From Catajapyx aquilonaris (lineage: Eukaryota): a stretch of 32,207 nt of DNA. Positions 1 to 10,504 of the stretch are shown piece by piece. The position numbers were made by a program, and so were the translations under genes. Location of the stretch: contig JYFJ02004436.1 in the NCBI GenBank assembly GCA_000934665.2, positions 1-32,207 of the forward strand, given 5' to 3'. The notes under the pieces are model-generated. The model saw nothing but the letters and a program-made list of their open reading frames with translations, was not told where the DNA came from and did no database searches. Position 1 is the first letter of the stretch. Each line of letters opens with the position of its first letter.

Positions 1-1361
1 CTCCCAGTAAACAAAACTGTCATCCGTGACTGTGAAATAAGACATACTCTTTGTATGCTGTGGATACTTTATAGGCACATATTTTTTTTTTGAATGGCTA
101 CTGTCACCAGTAAAAGCCAGGTTTTTGCCACTTTTTAAGGCATATATTTTCCAGTTGAAAATATGTTTGAAAAAGTTCAAGGTAAAACATATTTTCAACA
201 CTTCCTTGCTGTTTGTTTCCGCCATAGCATCGTGACCCTTGTAATCTTGATATTTACGTTTGCAGTTACAGACACGACAATGATCTTACATAATATATTT
301 TTTTAAATAATTATGAACCGTTTCGTAATAAAACCGCCTTGGAAGAACTGGTTGCTCGTTGATAAAAGTCGAAGGCATTTCTAGTTAATTGATATGCAAT
401 GAAAGTCGAATTCATGACTAGAAGACGCTTCATATTGTCAAGGTGAACTCACAACAGCAATGAAAGTACAAAAAAAGAAGGGGTTGACATATAGACTCAA
501 TGCACACTAAATCTTACTGGTGAAAAATGCAACAATATGAACTTGAGACTCTGCCCATAATTTGAAATCATACACTCGAATCATTCAAGGTCGACAATGT
601 CCTTGAGAAGCAATGTTTTCTAGCAATAAAGAAATTCCAAGGAGTGAAAGTAGCAGGTGCGATTTTAAACTATATGAGCTTTTGTGAGTAAAAATTTTAC
701 ATTACTTCCTAACGTTTTATTTACACGGTTTGCGTGCTGTTGATTACAAAACTTATTACAGATTGTAGCGGAACTACATTTACACATTAAGGAAGCTGAA
801 TTATTTAACTTTTTTTAGCACTCCCGTTAGAATGTTTGAACCAGTTGGAGCAACAACAGCCAGAGGCAGTTTATATATATAAAAAAAGTGGTAGACAACC
901 CTGTCGGAGAATGTCAACACAAATCCTCCTCATGAAAGTAAAAGTGAAGTCCTCTCTTCGTCTTCAAGGTTCCGAAAGTAATGAGACGGTGTTCTTTAAC
1001 TGCCAAAGCTTCTTTTTTTATTGTAACAAACGTACACACAAAAATTTGCCATGTAATGTACACACACGGGGATTTGAAAAAAAAGAGAGATATATTATGT
1101 ACAGAACTTTGCGATGGATTTGATTTGTACAGTTGCACTGTTTTACATTACCATTCCCCAAAGCTCCAAAAATTGGTGGGATTTGGAACTTTGGGAAGCG
1201 TTTTTTTTCCTCTTCACATTTTTGCATACATACAACGTATGATATGTTAACCCCCTATTTCCCCCCTCCTTCTCTCTGTAAAAAAAAATTTGATTCACAT
1301 CAGATGGTCGGGCCACAACGATCACTTCTATGGCACGGGTTGTCGGTAGGATTGTGTCTGT

Positions 1362-1791
1362 TTAGGCTGCTCGTGGGATATGGTCACCCTGTGGCTGGAA
1401 TCCATTCTCATCAGCGATGTAGTTGATGGTGTACGTCACACCATCAGGTCCAACGAAAGAGAAGGATCCAGAGGCCACAACAGTATCGTTTCCTCCGATG
1501 TTCTTCAGCTGACCAGCCTCGTTGTGCGTCTGACCATTGGTCTGCGCATAGCTACAACACAGTCACGTAAGTCACAGAAAAAATCACTTAAAATATCACT
1601 GCTCACCTGTAGGAGTAATCACCAAGTCCGATGTTGTCGAAACTCTGGGCAGTGATTTCAATGTCCTTCTGGGGACGAGCGATGGCCAGGGCCACAACGG
1701 CAAAGAAGACTAGTGCCTGCAGATAAATAATCCCAGTTTTTTTTGATAGGTCAGTCCTAGTTCCAATAAAATGAGCACTTACCAGCTTCAT
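1362..1791 (-). CDS. Cuticular protein gene 1, CPR RR-1 (short larval/flexible cuticle protein-like), 102 aa
   Basis: Exons (minus) 1791-1783, 1716-1607, 1551-1362 = 309 nt, GT-AG introns of 66 and 55 nt. Protein [102 protein letters not shown]: signal peptide plus extended R&R consensus (GSFSF..PDG......Y.ADENGFQP). Confidence 0.95.
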
Positions 1792-1883
1792 GGTTATTTT
1801 TAGGGAGGTAAAGAACTAGAGGATTCAACTTGAGCTGATGGTTCCTGGGAGGCGACTGTGATGGAATCTGCAATCTCCTCCGC

Positions 1884-1890
1884 TTTTATA
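1884..1890 (-). promoter_or_regulatory. TATA box of gene 1
   Basis: TATAAAA on the minus strand, about 30 nt upstream of an Inr-like TCACAGTC and about 95 nt upstream of the ATG. Confidence 0.8.
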
Positions 1891-2457
1891 CGCCCCCCTG
1901 TCCAACCCAGTGAAAGGGCAGGGTGCATCAGGCCGGTTTGACCCCCTTTTGCCCAAGAAGCTGCCGAACCTGGCTTCATACTTACCAAGCTCTGCATAGG
2001 CCAAGACACAACCTTTATTTTTTCCCCCACCCCCACCACACCAACCCCCTCAATGGCTCCACCTCTACTTTTACCTTTGGTAAAAGGGATCGGTATAACA
2101 ATCTTGGCCAGATCCAGCTGGATGTGCTGCCTTCTATATTAATGAGTGTGACCTTTGTGCTGACCCAGCCGTGGAAACGGGAAATTGATATGGCCAGGGC
2201 CAGGAGGTATTCCGGGAACCTCGTAGCATCTCATTACAGGTATATACATGTAGGGGGGGAGAAGGTAACATTAGAGTGATGGTGGAAGGTAAAATTATTG
2301 CTCTGTTGACCATCTCAAGAATGATCGACCTCGAGTAGTATGCCACCTTGAGATATGCTAATCTCAGGGGGGTCATACTCTCACAATTTTAGTAAACGCT
2401 AATTGACATTAATATTAAAATCGTAGTGGGCATGTTTGTGCCGTGTATTACACAGTC

Positions 2458-2638
2458 TCATCCACCAGAGGCGCTGGCTCTCCCCATTCGCGCAGGCGCA
2501 GAACGGGCTTCCACCACCGCAGGACTAGAAAAATTGGTTTTCTACTCTATAATATTAAAATCATTCGGTGGTCCGCCGCATTGTTATCCCGACGGGGCGC
2601 CTGCGCGATGGGGGAGCAGCAGCGCCTCTGGTGGATGA
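2458..2638. mobile_element. Foldback/MITE-like element with ~42-bp imperfect terminal inverted repeats
   Basis: Left arm 2458-2499 (TCATCCACCAGAGGCGCTG...TCGCGCAGGCGC) pairs with right arm 2597-2638; the outer 19 bp are a perfect inverted repeat. Inner repeat ACCACCG/CGGTGGT and an AT-rich centre. No clear target-site duplication was seen. Confidence 0.6.
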
Positions 2639-3179
2639 CACGAGGAACTACTCACAATTTAATTCATTAAAAAAAAAGGATGTGCGTGATATCAGCGACA
2701 TACCCACTTTTATGGCAAAAGATGCTTACGAAATGAGGAAAACCAGAAGAGCGTGATAGTCCGGAATAAGGAAATGTACAGTACAACAGAAAAGTGCGTT
2801 TTACTTGCACGAAAAAAAATTTAATAATCGTCATCCATTTTTACTCCACTGTTTATACGAACTTGGTTGGAAAAAAAAAATATCCTTTCGAATTCCTCTC
2901 CTTGAATGAGGTAATAGTAGAGTGAGAGGATGGGGCAGAAGGTGGTCGCTGAATGGAAGAGTAAGCGAATGCTGGTAAAGAGAAAGTCACAGCAGCTCTA
3001 AAATAACTTTCTGTCTTGAAGGTACATGCCTCAACATGGTAATGAGTGTACTATTGGAGCTCATTACGCATAATTTGAATTAGCTAGCTGTTAACTGCTC
3101 GATAAGTAGGAAGACTGTACATTTCAAAGCATATCAGGAAGTTAAAAAAACTATGGCTCAACTCCATTATTTTAAAGTT

Positions 3180-3539
3180 TCCTATTTCTCACGCCTTAGA
3201 ATGAGGTAAAAAGTATGGAAACTGTAACATCTGATGATATCAGTAGTCAACACCCTCACGATATGCAACAATTTAAATGCACAACAATTTTTGGAGACTT
3301 CAACGCATGGATAAGCCAGAAGTGATTTACTACCAATGCATCCCCTGCAAAGATGCTGCCTAATGATTGGCGAATCGTATGCAAAGAATGACGTTTGCTT
3401 GTGAAGAAAGTGGAATCTCCTTGACATGCTTGAGAAATTGCGTCCTGAAAAGTTCATAAAAGGACTGAAGCACGACAAACTCATGTTTACCCTACATGGC
3501 ACTAATTACTACCAAATTGACACTTTTTTTTCAAACTAA
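3180..3539 (+). pseudogene. Possible decayed apurinic/apyrimidinic endonuclease fragment (non-LTR retrotransposon or Helentron derived)
   Basis: Plus strand gives TTIFGDFNAW at 3281-3310. After a frameshift it gives NLLDMLEKL...FTLHGTNYYQIDTFFSN, ending at 3536. GDFNA and a downstream xID motif are hallmarks of TE APE domains. Stop codons are present. Confidence 0.4.
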
Positions 3540-4187
3540 AAATTTGTCACGTTTAATATTGCACAATAATTACTAGTTTTGTGAGCAAAATGTGAGAGTG
3601 TTAAAAAAATTTCGCATTGCATTTTTTCTAGGTGAGAGTGGTGAGGCAGCACACGCGCATCCGTGACCTACAATGGGCTGCTTTTAGTCGACACTTGGAG
3701 GTCAGTATTGTTAACCCGGTGAAAATAGGAGTGGTCGTCTGGCTCCCGTCTGTTTTTAATTGGTAGGTAATAATGCAAGCGCAGTCAACGAGGTCAGGAT
3801 GAAATAGGGGACATATTTGGCGAATATGGGAACCATTTTATTGCCATCAGCTTATGTACAAACTCCACGCTTCTTTTTTAACGATTTTTTCATCACCACA
3901 ATTTGCAAGGATATAAACCTACAAAGACCAAGCCTACCCATCAACAATATAATTTTTTTTTCGTAAAACCGTCCGTATAAAAAAATAAACCCCATATTTA
4001 CCCGTACATGCAAATTAAAAAAAAAATGGCATTGTTTTGGCGACAGATTGAATACTAGAAGGGGCGGTACACAAAAGGGTCAGAAATGGCTACGAATCTC
4101 TTTGTACTTGTTCCGTAATCCACTAGAGTACTGGTCATTGTTGGGGTCATCGGAGGTGGGGCTGAGCTGATTTTTTGTTGTCACTTC

Positions 4188-4899
4188 TTAGCTGAAGGTG
4201 ACCGATGGACGGTATCCATTCTCATCGGCTGTGTACCTGACCTCGACCGACCTGCCGTCTGGGGTCTTGTGTCCGTAGCTTCCCGACACCTCGATGGCTT
4301 CGTTTTCTGACCCTGCGTTCTTCAGCTGACCTTGCTCATCCCGATGTGTCTCATCACTCAGGGCGTACCTTTTCCAAAGTAAAAAGAGAATGACCTGTGT
4401 TATAAAAACCGTCGTGTGTGTCTAGGGGGGGATGTCAAAGGTCGTCCTCGTTGCCCGGTGAAAGGGAACCGCACAGTGTCGTAACCACCGGTGGGTCAAT
4501 ATGCCCATGGGTCAACTAACCAGTTATATCCGTGAACTTTTCAATAATATCAAGCTTTTCTTGAAATAATTTTAAGAAAATTACTGTTGTTTTTTTTTAA
4601 AGTTACATGCCGACTCCAATATTTATGCACCAATTAATTGCTGGAAATTTTATGTTGGTATCCGTCACTGGTTGACACAACTAATGGTAGTCCAAGTAGC
4701 CAACACCGAGTACGTACTCGAACTGGTAGCTTCCAACACCATCGTTGTCACTCTTGTACGACAGGATCTGCACGTCCCCCTGTGGGAAGGCCATGGTGGC
4801 CACCACCACCGCCAGAAAGACCAGAACCTAAGAAGAAAACAAGAAAGTCATGACCTAACTCAACTACCCCTTCCTTAAAGAGGTACTCACCAGCTTCAT
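4188..4899 (-). CDS. Cuticular protein gene 2, CPR RR-1, 99 aa
   Basis: Exons (minus) 4899-4891, 4827-4718, 4368-4188 = 300 nt. Protein MKLVLVFLAVVVATMAFPQGDVQILSYKSDNDGVGSYQFEYALSDETHRDEQGQLKNAGSENEAIEVSGSYGHKTPDGRSVEVRYTADENGYRPSVTFS*. Not listed in the ORF track. Confidence 0.95.
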
Positions 4900-4992
4900 G
4901 GTTGATACTTGTCGCAAAATGTTCCAAAGAGAAAGAGATGATTATCTGGCAACTGCTTGAATGCTTCCAACAATTATAATGTTCCCGCCCGC

Positions 4993-4999
4993 TTATATA
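4993..4999 (-). promoter_or_regulatory. TATA box of gene 2
   Basis: TATATAA on the minus strand about 95 nt upstream of the ATG. Confidence 0.7.
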
Positions 5000-6236
5000 C
5001 TGTCGGAGGAAAAGAAGTGAAAGCCCTTATGCAAGGATAAGGATGAGGCGGAAAGGGGACGGAGATCCCCATGACCCAAACTAGCCTATGAGAGGAGGCA
5101 AAGGATTACGTAGTGTTAGGCCTCAGGCAATTTTTTTCTTCTTCTCCCACACTTACCTACAGGCACTACGTCGTGACAGACCAACGATTCATTCCACTTT
5201 CCTCATTCGCCACCAAAAAAGTAAAGGAATAAATAAATGAGACGAAAAAAAAAAAAAATCGCCCTCAAGGAGCACATCTTTAAAACGTTTCATTTTGGAT
5301 CGAAGGTTGTGGTCTTGGAGATGATTATTAGAGTTTTCTGCACGAATGGCCGTGGTGGGCCTTCGAAGATTAGGGGGCTAACCAAATGAAAAGGTTAAAA
5401 CAGTTTGAACCGAGGCCTCAATTATTTAGCGCGGCTTTTCAAAAAATTTCGTCACCCTCGTTTCGTGAGCATCTTTTGGTTGATTATTATTTAGAAGAGA
5501 ATGTTTATATTGAGGGTGATACATGCGTTGCATGTTAAGCTGCATTCTATAGGATGTAGTCAAACATAACGAAATTGGTGTGACGAAATATTCAGATAGG
5601 TCTATTGAAAATATTGTGGCCATAGGTACCTCTCTAGCAATATGTTACTCCAACGTGCATATTGCGACAAGGTAAACAAAATAAGTGCGGTGCAGTAGCT
5701 GGGAAATGGGTTAGTAGGTAGTACTAGCTGCTACTTGTTTTTAGTAACAGAGTAAACAAGGGTGTATTGCAGTTACGTAACTTGGACCATGTACTTTTTA
5801 GATAGAACCAGGATTTATAGGCTAGTGGGCAGCTCGTTGCCAGGAACTACTACAATAGATAGTTATGCAAAAATTACTGTACAGAAAAATATGTCAATGC
5901 CAAAAAATTAATTTAATTTTTCAAACAATTGTTTTAAAAAATTTCATTTGAATTTTTTCCCCCATTCCACCCCCTCCCCCTGCAGGCCCTGCAATGAGCA
6001 ACTTCATAAATCCTGGACAGCCCATAAGGATTCCATTTATTGGGAAAACCTCCACACCTAGATATCCTTGGATTCTACAATAAAAATCAACGTTGTAAAT
6101 CCTTAAGAGGCATTAATTGCTCGAGGCCTTTATCACATGTGCAAATTAATATAAAATGCACCTTCCCTACGTGACCAACTCAACATGACTGATGTCACTG
6201 CCACTAAGTTGCGCTTCTGCAATTTCATGGCCACCA

Positions 6237-6254
6237 TCTCTCTCTCTCTCTCTC
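6237..6254. repeat. (TC)9 microsatellite
   Basis: tctctctctctctctctc read directly from the sequence. Confidence 0.9.
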
Positions 6255-7110
6255 TTGAAGAATCGTTGCCAAGAAATCTGCTTAGCTCATTAGTCACTAA
6301 AAGCTCAGAAAATGTGACGTTTCATATACGCCCCACTAAAAATACAAATGTTGCGGACAATAAATCACGCGAGTGGCAGTCAGGTCCTTGAAGATTCTGC
6401 GCAGTTCTTAATTACAATACCAGTGTTATTTTTTTATATGCAATATGATATAAGTGCACGAGGCATTAATTCTGTTTTCTCAAGCATCACTATTGTCATT
6501 ATTAATTTTGAAACTTGCAAACGTGACGACTAAGCATGACTCTACCATTTTGAATAATTATATTTGCAACTCTTAATTATCAGGTCAAACTCTTTTTGAT
6601 GCCATTCACACCCTTCTATGCAAATAATATGATAAGACTTACATAACCCTATTCGGTATCAGAATATTAATCGCAACCTCCTCCACCCCTGAATGGTAAT
6701 TGCACGTGATACCTGCAGTTCCTGTTTCCAAGGTCAGGGTCACGGCTGGTAAGTGCAAAACATAGACTCATAGACACAGTGACAAAAAAATAATAGTGGA
6801 GTCCACCCATGTTGACACTATTTTCGGCATTGCTAAAAATAAGTGTGTTTACATTTTATTTAGCGGACACTCACGTAATCACTAGTTTCGTCTTTACCCG
6901 TAAGGTATTCCAACTGATTGTCAACCGAAGATTTGTGCTTCCTTGCCCTGTTCGTCCTTGGTTTGAAAACGAAATATTCTGGTTCAAATATCCTCCAAAC
7001 CTCAATAAAACAGGTCTTGAGGGCGTTCGAATTTGCGCTCTTTATGTCCTGATTAGGTTAGTGTCATCCTTGGAAATGAATCGTGCACAGGAGAAATCGG
7101 GCGTTGAAAT

Positions 7111-7450
7111 GTACTAATAAATTTTGTCACTGTAAATAATTTGTCGCTGGGCGTCCTCGGAGATTCTTCCTCGACAAATCGCCGACAAAATGGCATTGGC
7201 ACCTGTTGGTACTACATGTGATTGATATTTGTTAGGTTAGGTTAGGTTAGGTTAGGTTAGATTAGGTTAGATTAGATTAGGTTAGGTTAGGCAAGGTTAA
7301 ATGAGGTTAGGTTAGGTTAGATTAGGTTTTTCAACATCACATTTCCTGGTATGGACGAAATTGTTGTCAATATTGCATTTTTGACAATTTTTTATGTACT
7401 CGCTATGCTCGGCTATGGGGCTTCGCACCTCCAATGTGGGGCTTCGCCCC
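7111..7450 (+). mobile_element. Putative non-autonomous Helentron/DINE-1-like element enclosing the TTAGG array
   Basis: Imperfect inverted repeats GTACTAATAAATTTTGTCA (7111-7129) and TGACAATTTTTTATGTAC (7382-7399); short internal inverted repeat ATTTGTCG/CGACAAAT (7139-7179); central microsatellite; 3' hairpin GGGGCTTCGCCCC (7438-7450) with a near-copy at 7417-7429. Confidence 0.45.
7232..7326 (+). repeat. Interstitial (TTAGG)n array (arthropod telomere motif), 19 units
   Basis: 12 perfect TTAGG, 4 TTAGA, plus CAAGG, TTAAA and TGAGG, all in an unbroken 5-nt register. Confidence 0.95.
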
Positions 7451-10435
7451 CTTCGCGTTTTATTAATTAATTAGTAATCAGTATATTTTTTCCTGGATTT
7501 TTCCTCATGAGTGGGCCATGTGTCGCAACAATCAGGAACTTACGAGCTGACCTAACACCACCCTTGTCCTTTAGGAAACCTGTTGGGTACAGCGGTAGTG
7601 GCTTTCTCAGACTACCAAATATACAGGGCATTACGATCTTGGTGATTCAAACGTTCAAATATGGATATGCTATTTTAGATGCGTGAACTAGCAGTTATCT
7701 AAATCGAGTGAAGTGTATGGAAAAAAAATGTGTGTACTAATCGCTTGGTGTTGGGCGTGTGTTAATTTTGCATGATTGCCACATGGGTTGACATCATCAC
7801 CAGGAAGGATTACAAAAACATTTTTCCAGCCCACTTGGTGGCCAGCAAAGGTGCCTTCTTGGCATTCATGGGAATCACCTGAGAATTACAGCGGTCGTTA
7901 TCGAGGCGTGACATTTAATCAGCCCCTTCCAGGCGGCGTTTGTGGCCCACTAAAAAAAAGAAGCGTGGGTGTTGATCTTCAGTGTCCAAGTTGTGGACAT
8001 TGTCCTGTCTGGTCGAGAAGAGCCAGATTTTTATCTGAAATGTCATTTACCGTAGGAAAAACAGGCGAGGTCATTAGTTCTGCTATTTCATAATTATCGC
8101 CCAGTCTTCATCGCCTTTCTCCACTCTCAGTGAGATGTTATCCTTGCTCCTGAGGTGAAGAGGCTGGGTTGCTGCTGCATGTAATTAGTCTGCTTATACC
8201 CATCTGTGCCAATCCATTTTCAGGTCACATGCAGCATTGACATTTAACCGGAAGGTGTCGACCCAACCCTGTATTGACACATATCGATATATGGACGAAG
8301 GTGAAGTTAATTTACGATAGTCAGATCAGTAAACAATGCTGGCACTTATGGGAGGTCCTTATAACAAGGTTATTCGTGCATCCCTAGAAGAGACTGGCAT
8401 TGTTTCCTGACCACCACCCCTATATGGCGTCCTTCAGACCGATCACACACAAAAAAGAAGTGCCATCTTCAACCACAGGGGGAATATCATACCTCCTCTT
8501 TCAACCGACCCTGGGGCAAGGTGACTTGACTTTATGCCTTTCCACTTGCAAGGAACGGGTTTCCACTTATCATCGTTTCTGGAATGGAGTCGCTGCTGGA
8601 GCTAGTAGGCAGGCATTAATTTCAGGCCTTGCCAAAAGCTCCTCCTCCGCAAGCAAAAGATGAGCCTGGTCGGCCTTGGAAGGTTCCAACGATTAGCACT
8701 GGTGGCACTGACTGGAATAGCTAAATAGGCTCATCTCTGCCCAGACTGACCCACTGTCTACCATGGGACAAACTGTTAGTCTGGACGTGAAGACATAGGT
8801 ACTATCCTTCCAGTCATTAATGAGATGTATGGTTCCAAAAATGGTGGTATTCCATTCCCCTAAGAGGGCCCAGGGTCCTAGCATGGGGTGCAATTTTGTT
8901 GGTTCTACCATATGAGGATATTTAATATTCTGTCCAAAATACTGTAAGAAATGTCAAGACGACTTGCATAATTATTCTCATACAAGGAAACCCTTCTAAA
9001 ATGCCTGTGACATTTAGCAGAACAACTTTTTCCTCTCGCTGCAGGAAAACTCATGCAATTTGGAACATTGCCAGTGCATCAGTAAGGATCTTTCTTTCTC
9101 CTTCCCCCCCTCCCCCCAAAAAAATCCCCTGAGGAGAAAATATTACATAATTCATTCATTTCCATTTCACAAAAATTTTATGGCCCTTTTTCTTCTCATT
9201 TTTTTCTGGCATGATATTGATGGCCTGTGATGTTTCAAGGTGACTGGGCAGACAGTTACGTGCTACATCATTTACATACCATTCTACCAATATCTGTTTT
9301 TTTTTTTGCTTCATGACACGGGCTACACCGATTGGGCGGAGAAATGGTCATGAAGTAAGGTGGTATCCGGAAGCGTGTAATGAACGAGGGCTTCACTTTT
9401 CAGTCACGAATCATAAGGAGGTGAGATTTTTTTTAAATTCACTAGACACGTCCATCATGTCTCTTCGTGTCAAGGGAGAGGAATTTGTATGGACAGGTTT
9501 GGAAATTCTGAGCTTGCAAATCAACACTTATAAAGACATGTCCAATATGGTGAGCCTCCGACGATTGAAGATTGTTTCGCAAACTTATTCTGTTGGCACA
9601 TCTTAAGGATGCCACTTTTATCTTCATAGCCTTTCACTCCACTCCAGGCTATAGTACGTCCTTCTATAGAAGTGGCGCCATCTTGTTCATTTCGACCATT
9701 TCCACATCATAGTGTTTTTTTCCCATCTAAAAAAGTAACCCGTCAGCACCATTTCTCACGCAAAATAGCTGCTCCATAAATGTGTGTTCATCCTTGGATG
9801 CAGCAATGAATCTCAGGATTAGAGCACTGGTCAGCAAATTGTTGTGACATTTTGAGGTGACCATTTTTGAAGGATTACTTAGTACGTAAGCAAAAATGAC
9901 AAAACTGAAATAAAAAAATTAGTTTTGCTGCACGATTTTTGCATTTGCAATGTGCACCTGTGAGATAACCTGCTCACGCTCTTATAATGCATGAATAATA
10001 TATTTTTTTGTATACTTCTGTTCCACCTTAACAGATGGTAGTAAAAAGTAGCTGGAAATGGCCGTGACCTGTAACATTTGGTTTTTCAAGGTGGCAATTA
10101 CCTTATTGAGACGAGTAGAGAAACTAGCTTTCTGGTATATACGCGTTTAGAATAATGAAGCAAGAACAAAGCGCTAATTGCAAGGTCATGTCATGCTATA
10201 TTAATATTGTAACGCAATTTTAAGTTTTTTTAAAAAAGAGACATTCCCGTTGGATGGATTGACACGGTGAACTTTTAATCCAAGTGGGGGTGTTCTAATA
10301 TTAAGTGAACTTGATTCGCATTTAAATTATTTTTAAGCATCCTTGACATTCAGGTGCTGTCAAACTGCTCATTATTGATGTCGAAGTGTATAGGAAACTG
10401 ATGTCACAACTGTTATTGTCAATGTTGTTGAAAAC

Positions 10436-10442
10436 TATAAAA
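10436..10442 (+). promoter_or_regulatory. TATA box of gene 3
   Basis: TATAAAA about 30 nt upstream of an Inr-like CTAGTT and about 65 nt upstream of the ATG at 10505. Confidence 0.8.
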
Positions 10443-10504
10443 ACGATAGTTGGGGGCGGAATCTGTCTAGTTGTGTCTTAGCCAGCATCTCAGACTCACC
10501 CACA

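Noticed and set aside
7232..7326. TTAGG array as a true telomere or chromosome-fusion scar
   Set aside because: Short, degenerate, single orientation with no head-to-head TTAGG/CCTAA junction, and lies inside a gene cluster.
7776..9840. Moderately GC-rich stretches with short ORFs in the gene 2-3 spacer (possible extra CPR gene or TE)
   Set aside because: No Y-x-A-D-x-x-G-F/Y motif, no M-K-x|GT first exon and no TE motif recognised on either strand.
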